DNA of 64,000 nt from Candidatus Hydrogenedentota bacterium (GTDB lineage Bacteria; Hydrogenedentota; Hydrogenedentia; Hydrogenedentales; SLHB01), in NCBI GenBank assembly GCA_963674865.2, contig CAXXYE010000007.1:288001-352000 (forward strand), in the 5' to 3' direction. This document shows, piece after piece, positions 55,437-64,000 of this stretch (position 1 is the first letter of the stretch; every line of letters starts with the position of its first letter). The notes beneath the pieces were generated by a model, which was given only the letters and a program-made list of their open reading frames with translations, was not told where the DNA came from and did not search any database. The position numbers and the translations under genes are program-made.

Positions 55437-56411
55437 TCACGCCGCTTCAAGGATATCCTGCACATGTTCTCTGCGGATGCGGCCGGTGTGGCCTTTGTAC
55501 GTTACGAGGTAGTAGTCATCGGCGTCCACGACAACTTCCGCGGGCTGGGTCAAACCGTTAGCGAAGCGGATGGTGTAGTACCGTCCCTTCGTCGTCGGCA
55601 ACGCGGGCGCTTCGGGCCGTTTGCCGGCGGCCAACTGGATGACCGTGGCTCCTTGCGTCGTGTACTGTCCGGCAAACCGCTGCACGCGGCGCACGTACTC
55701 CTGTGTCTCCTTGAACGGCGGGACGCCGCCGTACCGCTTCACGTTGCCGGGCCCGGCGTTATAAGCCGCGAGGGCGAGGGTCAGGTCGCCATCAAAGAGT
55801 TCGAGCATTCTCGCGAGGTACTGCGTTCCTCCGGCGACGTTCTGCTCGGGGTCGAAGATGTCGGACACGCCCATATCCGCCGCCGTGCCCGGCATAAGTT
55901 GCATCAGCCCGCGCGCGCCCGCAGGGGAGACGGCGTTCGGGTTGAAATTGCTCTCGGCCTTGATCACGGCGAGCACGATGTTCGGCTCGACGCCGTACAT
56001 CCTCGAATAGCGTCGGGCCAGGTCGTCGATGCCCGGCACGTCTTCCGGCTCGAGGGAGGTGATGTAGGGCGGTTTCGACGGCACGCGGATGGTCTCGTAG
56101 GCAATATTGATTCCCTCGTAGTCCTCTTTGCGGGGATACTCCTCCGTGCGGTTGTGCAGGGCGATGATGCCCCGTTCACGCAGCCGGTCGAGAATGTTGC
56201 CACTCCCTTCCCGACGTCGCCTGAACCGCCGGAAGATGCCTCCTCTCTCTGCAGTCGCTTCGGCCCGGTCCTCTGCTGCATACACCTGCGAGTAAGGCTG
56301 TAAGAGATCTTCACTCATGGAAAAGACGAGTGCGGCGAGCATGAGCGCCGCGACAAGACGAACTCTCGGGCGCACGCCCGTGCGTGAACTCACTTTCGGC
56401 TGGTTTACCAT
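55437..56411 (-). CDS. Lytic transglycosylase (SLT domain)
   Basis: AVIKAESNFNPNAVSPAGARGLMQLMP, ALAAYNAGPG, ETQEYV; GGAGGGG RBS before ATG 56411. Confidence 0.92.
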   Translation of the reverse strand: MVNQPKVSSRTGVRPRVRLVAALMLAALVFSMSEDLLQPYSQVYAAEDRAEATAERGGIFRRFRRRREGSGNILDRLRERGIIALHNRTEEYPRKEDYEGINIAYETIRVPSKPPYITSLEPEDVPGIDDLARRYSRMYGVEPNIVLAVIKAESNFNPNAVSPAGARGLMQLMPGTAADMGVSDIFDPEQNVAGGTQYLARMLELFDGDLTLALAAYNAGPGNVKRYGGVPPFKETQEYVRRVQRFAGQYTTQGATVIQLAAGKRPEAPALPTTKGRYYTIRFANGLTQPAEVVVDADDYYLVTYKGHTGRIRREHVQDILEAA

Positions 56412-56541
56412 TGCCCCTCCCCATGCTGGTCGGCATTCCAAGGGCCTGCGGGACGCAGAGCCGCGCCCATAATCTACTGTGGCAGGGCACGCTGTTCAAC
56501 AACGGCCCCATGGTTGTCCTCACCGTCTCGTCATCAGGAAG

Positions 56542-56557
56542 AGCAATCACAATGCCA
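56542..56557 (-). promoter_or_regulatory. Candidate sigma-54 promoter of the SLT gene
   Basis: Minus strand TGGCATTGTGATTGCT (GG-N10-GC, TTGCT). Confidence 0.7.
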
Positions 56558-56653
56558 AATCCATGTGACATGCCGGTCCCTATCGCCCTGTTCGGGCGTT
56601 GGCGAGCGACTTGCTCCTGAGTAAGTGGAAGAGACTTTGAAAGGACGGCAGAA

Positions 56654-56962
56654 ATGATGCCTGTGCAGATGACGGAAGCCCGGTGCGAATGGTGCGCACG
56701 CACCTGCCGCGAAACGCATCTCTGGCGTTTGCCCCATCTCACACCGAACGGGAGCAGGTTCGAGACCGTGCTTGTCTGTCCCTCCTGCGCCTTCGACGCG
56801 TGCGAGACCTGGCAGGACGAGATGACCGCCCTCAATAGCCAGGCCGTCCTCGAAGCCTGGAACCTCTGGACGCAGGAAAAGAGCGTACCCTTTCTCAAAG
56901 CCGACGACGGCCGCGATCTCCGCACCGCCCTCCGCCTCGTCGTCATGGCGGGCGGAGTGTAA
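56654..56962 (+). CDS. Small Cys-rich (zinc-binding?) hypothetical protein
   Basis: AAGGA RBS; CEWC and CPSC pairs; fills the gap between flanking genes. Confidence 0.55.
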   Translation: MMPVQMTEARCEWCARTCRETHLWRLPHLTPNGSRFETVLVCPSCAFDACETWQDEMTALNSQAVLEAWNLWTQEKSVPFLKADDGRDLRTALRLVVMAGGV

Positions 56963-57017
56963 GGCCCTGTTTGACCGGCGGAGACACGCGCCTGCCGGAG
57001 AGCTAACGCCTCTCAGC

Positions 57018-60000
57018 TCAATTGTTCACAAACCTCCGCAGTCTCTCTAACTTGTATAAACGAATGCGTTCGTCAACAGGCATCTCCCTATTTCCCGGCA
57101 GCTGTTCCTCATTCCAGGGAAACGAGGGCAAAATGGCCACCTTCTTCGAGTCGCTCAAGACAAGATGTCTACCGTCTGGACTGAAGCACGAGTTTCCGAG
57201 GGGAAAGTCAGGTTGGGCAAACTGCATAACTTCCCGGCCGGTCGCCACATCCCACAGCTTTGCCGTCATGGCGTATGCACCTGCCGTAACCAGGCGACTG
57301 CCGTCTGAGCTGAAGTTCAGGGACGCCACGGAGCGTGTCGAATGCGCCTTCGCACTCCACATTTGCCGTCCTGAAGAGACTTCCCAAGCCGCCACGCCCC
57401 CGTCGGTGCCTCCCACTGCGATTACGTCGCTTGTCGGGCTCAAGGCTGCACCTCCAATGTCCTCCCCCTCGATAGAATAGGAACCTTGTTGATGACCGGT
57501 ATCGCGGTCCCAGAGTAGCACACCTTCTTCCCGACGCCCCACGGCCATGTACTTTCCGTTGGGACTGAAAGCGACGCAGGTGACATCCCCTTCTCCTCCT
57601 AACGAGCGAAGGAATTCCCCTGTCTTGGCATTCAGGAGAACGCTCTTCCCCGCGTCGCCGACCACGCCCACCTGCCCACCGTCGGGGCTGAACACCGTCG
57701 TGCATTTGTCTGGCCTGCTCAGTTCGAGTGTGGGGCCTTGGAACATCCACTGCTCTATACCTGTGGACAGATCCCTGAGCCTGACCGCGCCATCCCCATC
57801 GACTGTGGCCAGGCTCCTGCCATCCGGACTTATCGACAAGCCATCTATGGTTGCTCCTTCGGCGGTGAGTGTTCTCACGCGGCGTCCGGAGCCCACATCC
57901 AAGATGCTTATCTGTCCCGTCTGCAAAGCAATCAGATGGTCGCCATCGGGCGTGAAGACGACCGAAGAGGAGATCACGGGGCATTCAGTGGCACCGACTC
58001 TTTGCTGCTGCCCAGCCAGGTCCCAGATCTTGGCTGTGCCCTCATTGCTGGCCGTGGCCAATCGAGTACCATCTGGGCTGACGGCGACGGCGTGAACCGT
58101 CCCCGAATGAACAAGTGTTCGTAAAACACTGCCAGTGTCGATATCCCACAGGTCCACGTGGCCGCCCTTGCCACCGGTCAGCAAGTGTTGGCCATCCGGC
58201 GTGAAACACACTATCTTCAGCCCACCTTGCATCTGAAGTCTTCGCACCTCTGTCTCTTGGGCCACGTCCCAGAACACCACGTGAGTATTATCGTTATCAA
58301 TAAAGGCCAGCAATTCGCCGTTTGGGCTGAAACCCATGCGGGCTTGCCCCGGGAATCGCGAGATAAGACTGCCCGTCGAAACGTCCCAGACACGCACAAC
58401 CAAGTCTTCGGCACTCGCCGTTGCCAACGTCCGGCCGTCTGGGCTCAACGCAAGGGAACTGACGTGTTCAGCCTCGGGGGTGAACGACATAGTCTCCTTG
58501 GCAGTGTCAATGTCCCAGAGCCTGGTCGTTCCATCCCAGCTCGATGTAACCAAGCGTTTGCCATCTGGCAGAAAAGCTAGGTCATTGGCGCCCCCAGTAC
58601 CATCCCCAAGTCTCTGGACCACGGTGTCCGTCTCCACATCCCACACCACCGCACAGACTTGGGAGCTGTCGCCGCCAATGGCCACGAACCGCCCCAATGG
58701 ACTGAAAGCCACGCATTTGAGCTTGCCAAAATCTTCTGAGCCCCATGTTCCAACCGAATTTCCCATTGCTACGTCCCAGACGATCGCTGTCCCGTCTACA
58801 CTTGCCGTTGCCAGCAGTTTGCCGCCCGGACTAAAGGCGACGTCATAGATGTTTTCTGAGTGACCACACAAGGTGACCAGGTCAAGGTTACTGAGATGTT
58901 GGAGATAGCCCCACTCCCAATTGCGGTGCTCTTCTGGGGCCGAAGCAAGAATCGTCCGAGCCTGCATAGCACGGCAACTATCCAGGGAGCCTTTCGCGGC
59001 GGCAATCGAGGCGTAGTAGAACTCCCGCTTGGCCTGCTCACTTGCGGCGACGACGCGTCGATTCTCTTGTAGCAGCCGCACGTAAGAGAAGGCGCTTACA
59101 GCGAGAAGCACGACCACCGCTGCCGCGGCTGTGAGCATGACCGCCCTGTGCCTACCGACAAACCGCCGGAGGTGTTCCGAGAACTTGTATTCATACGTCT
59201 GCACGAGTCGGCCGGATTGGAACCGCTCGATCTCCTCGGCCAGTTCCTTTACCGTCGGATAGCGTCCGTCGGGCTGTTTGGCCATCGCTCGTTCGGTTAC
59301 CGCCACCAACTCGCGAGGAGCCTGCGGCTCAAGGCTACCGACCGGCTCGGGCTCTTTCTCCAGCACGTGATAGCGAATCTGAAGGGGATTCTCTCCCTCA
59401 AAGGGCGCCCTGCCCGCGAGAAGTTGATATAGAATCGCGCCCAGTGAATACACGTCTGAACGCTCATCGATGGCGTCCGCCTCGCCGCGTGCCTGCTCAG
59501 GCGGCATGTATGCCGGCGTGCCAATGACCTGTCCCACCGCGGTAACACCGGCGTCGGTCCCTTGGACGAGCCCCATCTCCTGGAGCCGCTTCATCATCTC
59601 CTTCTCGTGCACGTCCTCCTGCGCACGGACCTTCGCCAGCCCCCAGTCCAGCACGACAGTCTCGCCGAACTCGCCCACCATCACGTTCACCGGTTTCAGG
59701 TCACGATGAATCACCCCCCGGTTGTGGGCATACGCCACGGCTTGGCAGAGGTCCATGAAATGCGGGAGGAGTTTCAGCCGCTCCCGCAAAGTCCCCGCGT
59801 CCTTAATGGCTTTCTCGAGCGTCCGGCCACGGACAAGCTTCATCGTGTAGTAGGGGCGCCCGTCCTGCCGCCGCCCCAGCTCATAGACCGGCACAATCGA
59901 GGGATGCTCCAACTGTCCGGTGACCCGGGCCTCCCGGAGAAATCGCGATATTAACGCCACGGTCTTCGGCGTCGTGCCCTCCGGTGTTTCTCCGGAACCT

Positions 60001-60491
60001 GCGGCAGGGAGCAGCTCCTTGAGCGCCACGTCCCGGCCTAGATACTCGTCGTGGACAAGGAGCACCCGGCCCATACCGCCTTGGCCCTGTTTTCCCAGGT
60101 ACGCGTACCGATCCTGGCTCTCTTCAACCGTCTTCCCGACGTCAGACAGAGCGTCAGGGGGGCTGCCGGCCCCACTTGAGGATGGACGCACCTCTCCCGA
60201 AGCTGCGGCGGCAACGGAACCATGGAAGGACCTGAGCGCTTCCTGCTGTCCGCCGAAGGCCCCCAGAGCCGAGGCGTTGTCCCCTTTGAAGAACGACTCA
60301 GCCTGCTTTACCAACGCCCAGATGAGGCGACCGTCACGTTCAGAGAGCACCCCGGATTCCACAAGGCATTTCGGCAGACTGCCTGAGGAATCCTTTGCCC
60401 ATTCCCGGGCAACTTCCGTGAACCTGGCGAGGTCAACGTTGCCAAGTCTAGTTGCTAAGAGCGCAAAAAGCAGATTTCGCTCAAGATCCAC
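57018..60491 (-). CDS. Ser/Thr kinase with TM-like segment and many WD40 repeats
   Basis: GQGGMG, HRDLKPVN, LDWGLAK, GTPAYMPPEQARG; repeated VAFSPDG..LATAS..WD units. Confidence 0.93.
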   Translation of the reverse strand: MDLERNLLFALLATRLGNVDLARFTEVAREWAKDSSGSLPKCLVESGVLSERDGRLIWALVKQAESFFKGDNASALGAFGGQQEALRSFHGSVAAAASGEVRPSSSGAGSPPDALSDVGKTVEESQDRYAYLGKQGQGGMGRVLLVHDEYLGRDVALKELLPAAGSGETPEGTTPKTVALISRFLREARVTGQLEHPSIVPVYELGRRQDGRPYYTMKLVRGRTLEKAIKDAGTLRERLKLLPHFMDLCQAVAYAHNRGVIHRDLKPVNVMVGEFGETVVLDWGLAKVRAQEDVHEKEMMKRLQEMGLVQGTDAGVTAVGQVIGTPAYMPPEQARGEADAIDERSDVYSLGAILYQLLAGRAPFEGENPLQIRYHVLEKEPEPVGSLEPQAPRELVAVTERAMAKQPDGRYPTVKELAEEIERFQSGRLVQTYEYKFSEHLRRFVGRHRAVMLTAAAAVVVLLAVSAFSYVRLLQENRRVVAASEQAKREFYYASIAAAKGSLDSCRAMQARTILASAPEEHRNWEWGYLQHLSNLDLVTLCGHSENIYDVAFSPGGKLLATASVDGTAIVWDVAMGNSVGTWGSEDFGKLKCVAFSPLGRFVAIGGDSSQVCAVVWDVETDTVVQRLGDGTGGANDLAFLPDGKRLVTSSWDGTTRLWDIDTAKETMSFTPEAEHVSSLALSPDGRTLATASAEDLVVRVWDVSTGSLISRFPGQARMGFSPNGELLAFIDNDNTHVVFWDVAQETEVRRLQMQGGLKIVCFTPDGQHLLTGGKGGHVDLWDIDTGSVLRTLVHSGTVHAVAVSPDGTRLATASNEGTAKIWDLAGQQQRVGATECPVISSSVVFTPDGDHLIALQTGQISILDVGSGRRVRTLTAEGATIDGLSISPDGRSLATVDGDGAVRLRDLSTGIEQWMFQGPTLELSRPDKCTTVFSPDGGQVGVVGDAGKSVLLNAKTGEFLRSLGGEGDVTCVAFSPNGKYMAVGRREEGVLLWDRDTGHQQGSYSIEGEDIGGAALSPTSDVIAVGGTDGGVAAWEVSSGRQMWSAKAHSTRSVASLNFSSDGSRLVTAGAYAMTAKLWDVATGREVMQFAQPDFPLGNSCFSPDGRHLVLSDSKKVAILPSFPWNEEQLPGNREMPVDERIRLYKLERLRRFVNN

Positions 60492-60531
60492 GTCTCTTCT
60501 CCAGCTTCCCCCTCATCTCCGGCAACCCAGG

Positions 60532-61980
60532 CTACGTATACGCCGCCGAGAGTTCCGTAAGAAACTCAGCGGCCGTCGGATACCGCTCGTCGGGTCTTGA
60601 TGCCAGGGCTCGGTCAATAACACGCGTTAGTGATGGTTCCAGTTCGGGCAGACGCGAACGGGCAGGAACAAGTCGATTCTCCAGGATGGCCTGTAAGGGA
60701 TCCTGGTTGGACTTCGCTTCCCGTGGCGGGCGGCCCGTCAGCATGAAATAGAGTGTCGCTCCGAAGCTCCAAACGTCACTGGCCGGATTGACGTACTTGA
60801 AGTCCGTGAGTTGCTCACGTGGCATGAATGGGTACGTTCCAAGATACGTGCCCGTAGCGGTCAGACCACTGAAGCCGGCACCTTGGAAAGACTTCGCGAG
60901 GCCGAAGTCGCCGATCAGAGCCACGGAGCCTGCCTTCGTCTTCTTGAGGAGGATGTTCTCGGGTTTGACGTCTCGATGGACCAGCTGCCTTTCATGGGCG
61001 TACCGGAGCCCTTCCAGGGCCTGCAGCGCGACCGGCAACGCCACTTGCGTTGGCAGGCGGCCGCCACCGTCTCGGACCAGGTCGGCAACACTGCCTCCGT
61101 CGCAGTAGTCCATCTCGAACCAAAAGGCATCATCGACAGTGCCGCACGCATGACAGGCCACAATGTTCGCATGACGCAGCTTGCGCAGAATGGTCGTTTC
61201 ACGAAGAAAGCGTTCCCTGGATACGTCATCTACAGAGACTCTTGGCAGCATTAGCTTGAGGGCTACCGGCTCTTGTTGTTGGCGACGGTGGGCCAGGAAG
61301 ACGGTGCCGCAGCCCCCTTCGCCGAGTTTCCTGTCGACTTCGTAGCCTGGGATGGCTGCGGCGTAGTCTTCGGGTGTCTCGCGAGACGGCTCCTGCCCGA
61401 CACGGGGGGGAGCTTCACGCCCGCTGGGAGGACACCCCGGGGCAGCATGGCCGCGTATGGAGACGGCGAAAGCCGTTTCGCCAACTTGTATCCGGTCGCC
61501 GTCCTGAAGACTGACTTGAGGATAACGTCGCTTTGAGGCCTGTTGCGGCGTTTCTTCCTTGCCCCGGCCGCCGTATTTCTTGCCGTTGACATGGGTCCCG
61601 TTAAGACTTCCTAGGTCCCGTACGCACGCGCTCGGAGGACAGACTTCGAGGATGAAGTGATGGCGCGACACGAAGGAATCGTCTTTCAAGAAGGCGTGAC
61701 AATCGGGACTTCTCCCAAAGAGGAAGGTGTCATACTGGTGGAATACGAACCGCTCACCTGTCAACGGTCCACTGACGGCCTGCAGCTCGACGTGCCCAGA
61801 TGAAGCCGTTGCGCGATCCCCCAGACTGTCGACGCACGTCCTTTTCATTCCGCGCACGTGGCCGTTGGACGCACGTGTCGCCCGTTCTCCTGATGTATCC
61901 ACTGGGCCAGCGGGCCGACCACCGTCATCTCTAGGCGGAAGTAAGAGGTGGTGACCTCTAGAGAAGCCGTCAGCAGCCAC
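60532..61980 (-). CDS. FHA domain-Ser/Thr kinase
   Basis: Canonical FHA (FGRSPDC, VSRHH, DLGSLNGT); GEGGCG, HRDVKPEN, DFG; start uncertain. Confidence 0.9.
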   Translation of the reverse strand: MAADGFSRGHHLLLPPRDDGGRPAGPVDTSGERATRASNGHVRGMKRTCVDSLGDRATASSGHVELQAVSGPLTGERFVFHQYDTFLFGRSPDCHAFLKDDSFVSRHHFILEVCPPSACVRDLGSLNGTHVNGKKYGGRGKEETPQQASKRRYPQVSLQDGDRIQVGETAFAVSIRGHAAPGCPPSGREAPPRVGQEPSRETPEDYAAAIPGYEVDRKLGEGGCGTVFLAHRRQQQEPVALKLMLPRVSVDDVSRERFLRETTILRKLRHANIVACHACGTVDDAFWFEMDYCDGGSVADLVRDGGGRLPTQVALPVALQALEGLRYAHERQLVHRDVKPENILLKKTKAGSVALIGDFGLAKSFQGAGFSGLTATGTYLGTYPFMPREQLTDFKYVNPASDVWSFGATLYFMLTGRPPREAKSNQDPLQAILENRLVPARSRLPELEPSLTRVIDRALASRPDERYPTAAEFLTELSAAYT

Positions 61981-62094
61981 GTCCGATTATTCCTCACTCC
62001 TTCCCGGGTACATCGCGCAGCCGCCCGACCTGAATTGGCTGTCGTAACGCTGGGCGGCTATCAAATACGGCTCGCGTTGTCTTCTTAGCAGTTT

Positions 62095-63984
62095 TTACCT
62101 CACCTGCGCCAGGGCCGTATAGAGGTCCGCTTCGAGGACGTCGAGGTCGACATTCCTTAGCCGCTGGACGGCGCCCGCAATGGCCGGCCGCGCCGACGGC
62201 GTGATGGTCAGTGCGATCTCGCAGATGTCCCCCTCAGACGCCATCAGGCGCGCGTCTCGCACGGCGGCTATCGTGCCGAGCTCGTTCACAAGCGTCTCAA
62301 TCTGGCGCTGGCCTTGGACGCCCTTGACATACACCACGTACGACGCTGCACGGTCGTAGCGGGCCGCGAGTTTCTGGATGACCTCTGCTGCCACTTTCTC
62401 GCCCACGTCACGCAAAGAGTGGATGGCCGCGTCCTTGACGGTCAGTTGCCGCTTCTCGTTGACCCCCTCGACCCGCCCATCGGCGACGATGTCGCCCGTC
62501 ACCGGCATCACGAGCTGGTAGTCGATGTCGGTCTTGTAGGAATAGAACTGCCCGAGCTTGTCCCTCAGCTCGCCTATGACCGCCAGATAGAGCGCGAGGT
62601 CCGTCTGGTTCTCCTGGGCACGGCGCGCAAGTTCCTTAGGGCTGCCGACGGGCGGCTCGATAACCACGGTCCGCATGCTGGATTCCATCAACGCATCCGC
62701 CACGGCCCGGCGCGCGGAGATGCCCGGGAACGGCCGGTCGCCCACGTAGACCCTCTCGTGTCCGCCGACGGTGAAACTCACGTTCTCGCCTTCGATGGCC
62801 TTGAGAAGGTCATCCTGGAAGCGCACGCGCAGGATGACGTGGTAGATCCCGTCTTCCTGAGACTCCTGGAGTACGTCGTAGTCAACGAACCGGCCTTCGG
62901 CAAGCGACTCGATACGATGCTGCATGAGCAGGTAGTTGTTGGCGATGCTGCGCGCGGTGACCTGTGCGCCGTACTTCTCCTGAATCGCCACCCCGAGGGC
63001 ATCCAGAATCGCCGCGTTTCTGGCCTGGCCCGGCGCACCGCGAACAAGGGCATACCCGTTCGCGATGATACCGCCCGGCTCCCGAGCCGACTCCTTCGCC
63101 GGCCCGAGTTGCTGCTGCCGCCCCGGCGAAACCGCCTCCGGCCGCAGCACGGCGTGGATGACGGTCGGCTGGTCCGCCTCCATGGTGACCATCTGCGGAC
63201 GCGTCGTTTCGTACTGGTCCTTCCGCATCTTCAGCCAGAACTGCTGGCCGACGCCCACCATGACCTCCATCGGCGTCACCTGCAACTGCTTCTCCGGGGG
63301 CCACGGCTCATACCGGCCGAATTCCGCGCTTGCCACCAGCACCGTCGCACCCGGCGGGTCCGAGGTGACCACGAGCTTCTGCTTGGGCGTCTCCGCCGAG
63401 AAGTCTAGCGTGCAGTACAGAGGGTCCGCGGATTCCACATAGACGTATTGCGCCTCCGTCTCGATGAGCTTCTTCCCCTCTTTTCTGCGGCCTTTCACCC
63501 AGAACGCGTCGCCCACGGGCACCTGGCCATGAGCGGGCGTAATGGCCTCGCCCTCGGCCCCGGGCCAGGGCCGGTAGTCCCCGTCCATGGACTCGGCCAC
63601 AAGCACCTCCGCGCCGTCGCCCGGCTCCGAGTTGATGTGCACCGTCGCCGTGTCCCCGGTTCCGAGTTTGAGCCGCAACGCAATGTCCTTCCCCGGGGTG
63701 GCCCGGACGAAATACGGCTCGGAATCGCGGTAGCCGTCCTTCTGGAGCTTGATCCAGAAGAAGTCGCCTTTCCGCAGCGGCACGCTTGACGGTGTTACGT
63801 GCAGGCCCCTCTCCTTGTAGAAGTCCTGCCATGGCCCTGCCTCGTCCTCGCTGAAGAGGATATGGGCCTGGGACGGCTCCGACTCGATGGTGAGCGTGCA
63901 CACGCCCGACCGGGGCGGTGCTTGGGTGGTGGCGCAACCGACCAGCGCCAATGCGAGTAAACCGACCGGAATAATGCGTTTCAT
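62095..63984 (-). CDS. Lipoprotein with three PEGA-like domains and an FlgT-N/LPP20-like domain
   Basis: Lipobox LVGC; three SEP.GA..TP..KDGY units; ARNAAILDAL..AI motif; GGGGGAG RBS. Confidence 0.7.
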   Translation of the reverse strand: MKRIIPVGLLALALVGCATTQAPPRSGVCTLTIESEPSQAHILFSEDEAGPWQDFYKERGLHVTPSSVPLRKGDFFWIKLQKDGYRDSEPYFVRATPGKDIALRLKLGTGDTATVHINSEPGDGAEVLVAESMDGDYRPWPGAEGEAITPAHGQVPVGDAFWVKGRRKEGKKLIETEAQYVYVESADPLYCTLDFSAETPKQKLVVTSDPPGATVLVASAEFGRYEPWPPEKQLQVTPMEVMVGVGQQFWLKMRKDQYETTRPQMVTMEADQPTVIHAVLRPEAVSPGRQQQLGPAKESAREPGGIIANGYALVRGAPGQARNAAILDALGVAIQEKYGAQVTARSIANNYLLMQHRIESLAEGRFVDYDVLQESQEDGIYHVILRVRFQDDLLKAIEGENVSFTVGGHERVYVGDRPFPGISARRAVADALMESSMRTVVIEPPVGSPKELARRAQENQTDLALYLAVIGELRDKLGQFYSYKTDIDYQLVMPVTGDIVADGRVEGVNEKRQLTVKDAAIHSLRDVGEKVAAEVIQKLAARYDRAASYVVYVKGVQGQRQIETLVNELGTIAAVRDARLMASEGDICEIALTITPSARPAIAGAVQRLRNVDLDVLEADLYTALAQVR

Positions 63985-64000
63985 GGCAACTCCCCCTTCT

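Noticed and set aside
1..64000. DGR reverse transcriptase, Avd or template repeat; CRISPR array; tRNA/rRNA; transposase or integrase
   Set aside because: No ORF shows RT (YxDD in RT context), Cas, DDE or recombinase motifs. The AACAAC/GTTGTT runs I found lie inside unrelated genes, and no regularly spaced repeat-spacer array was seen.

Overview
GC-rich bacterial chromosomal window. The gene repertoire (PASTA/LamG lipoproteins, many Ser/Thr kinase-FGE fusions, a membrane-tethered ECF sigma) suggests a PVC-like or Hydrogenedentes-like lineage; this is inference only. 1-10 kb: accessory secreted and regulatory genes (HEAT protein, ECF sigma with large ectodomain, serpin). 10-24.5 kb: housekeeping block rpmH-rnpA-yidD-yidC-jag-mnmE-rarA, a degenerate HD-GYP, pdxA, a MazG half-protein, two perfect DnaA boxes and dnaA, with no dnaN after it. 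25-64 kb: an almost entirely minus-strand signalling island with a histidine kinase and sigma-54 activator, six Ser/Thr kinases, five FGE-sulfatase (CLec-fold) domains, FHA, SPFH and zinc-ribbon proteins, a HExxxH peptidase-like gene, an LpoB/YcfL lipoprotein cluster, a lytic transglycosylase and six sigma-54 -24/-12 promoter matches. Best find: two receptor-like kinases (28170-31094, 39182-41317) end in a C-terminal region with the codon signature of diversity-generating retroelement (DGR) mutagenesis (differences at codon positions 1-2, invariant third-position C). Both are followed by the same ~216-bp hairpin-rich non-coding element, which carries a compensatory base-pair change. No reverse transcriptase or template repeat was seen in the window, so they are probably remote DGR targets.
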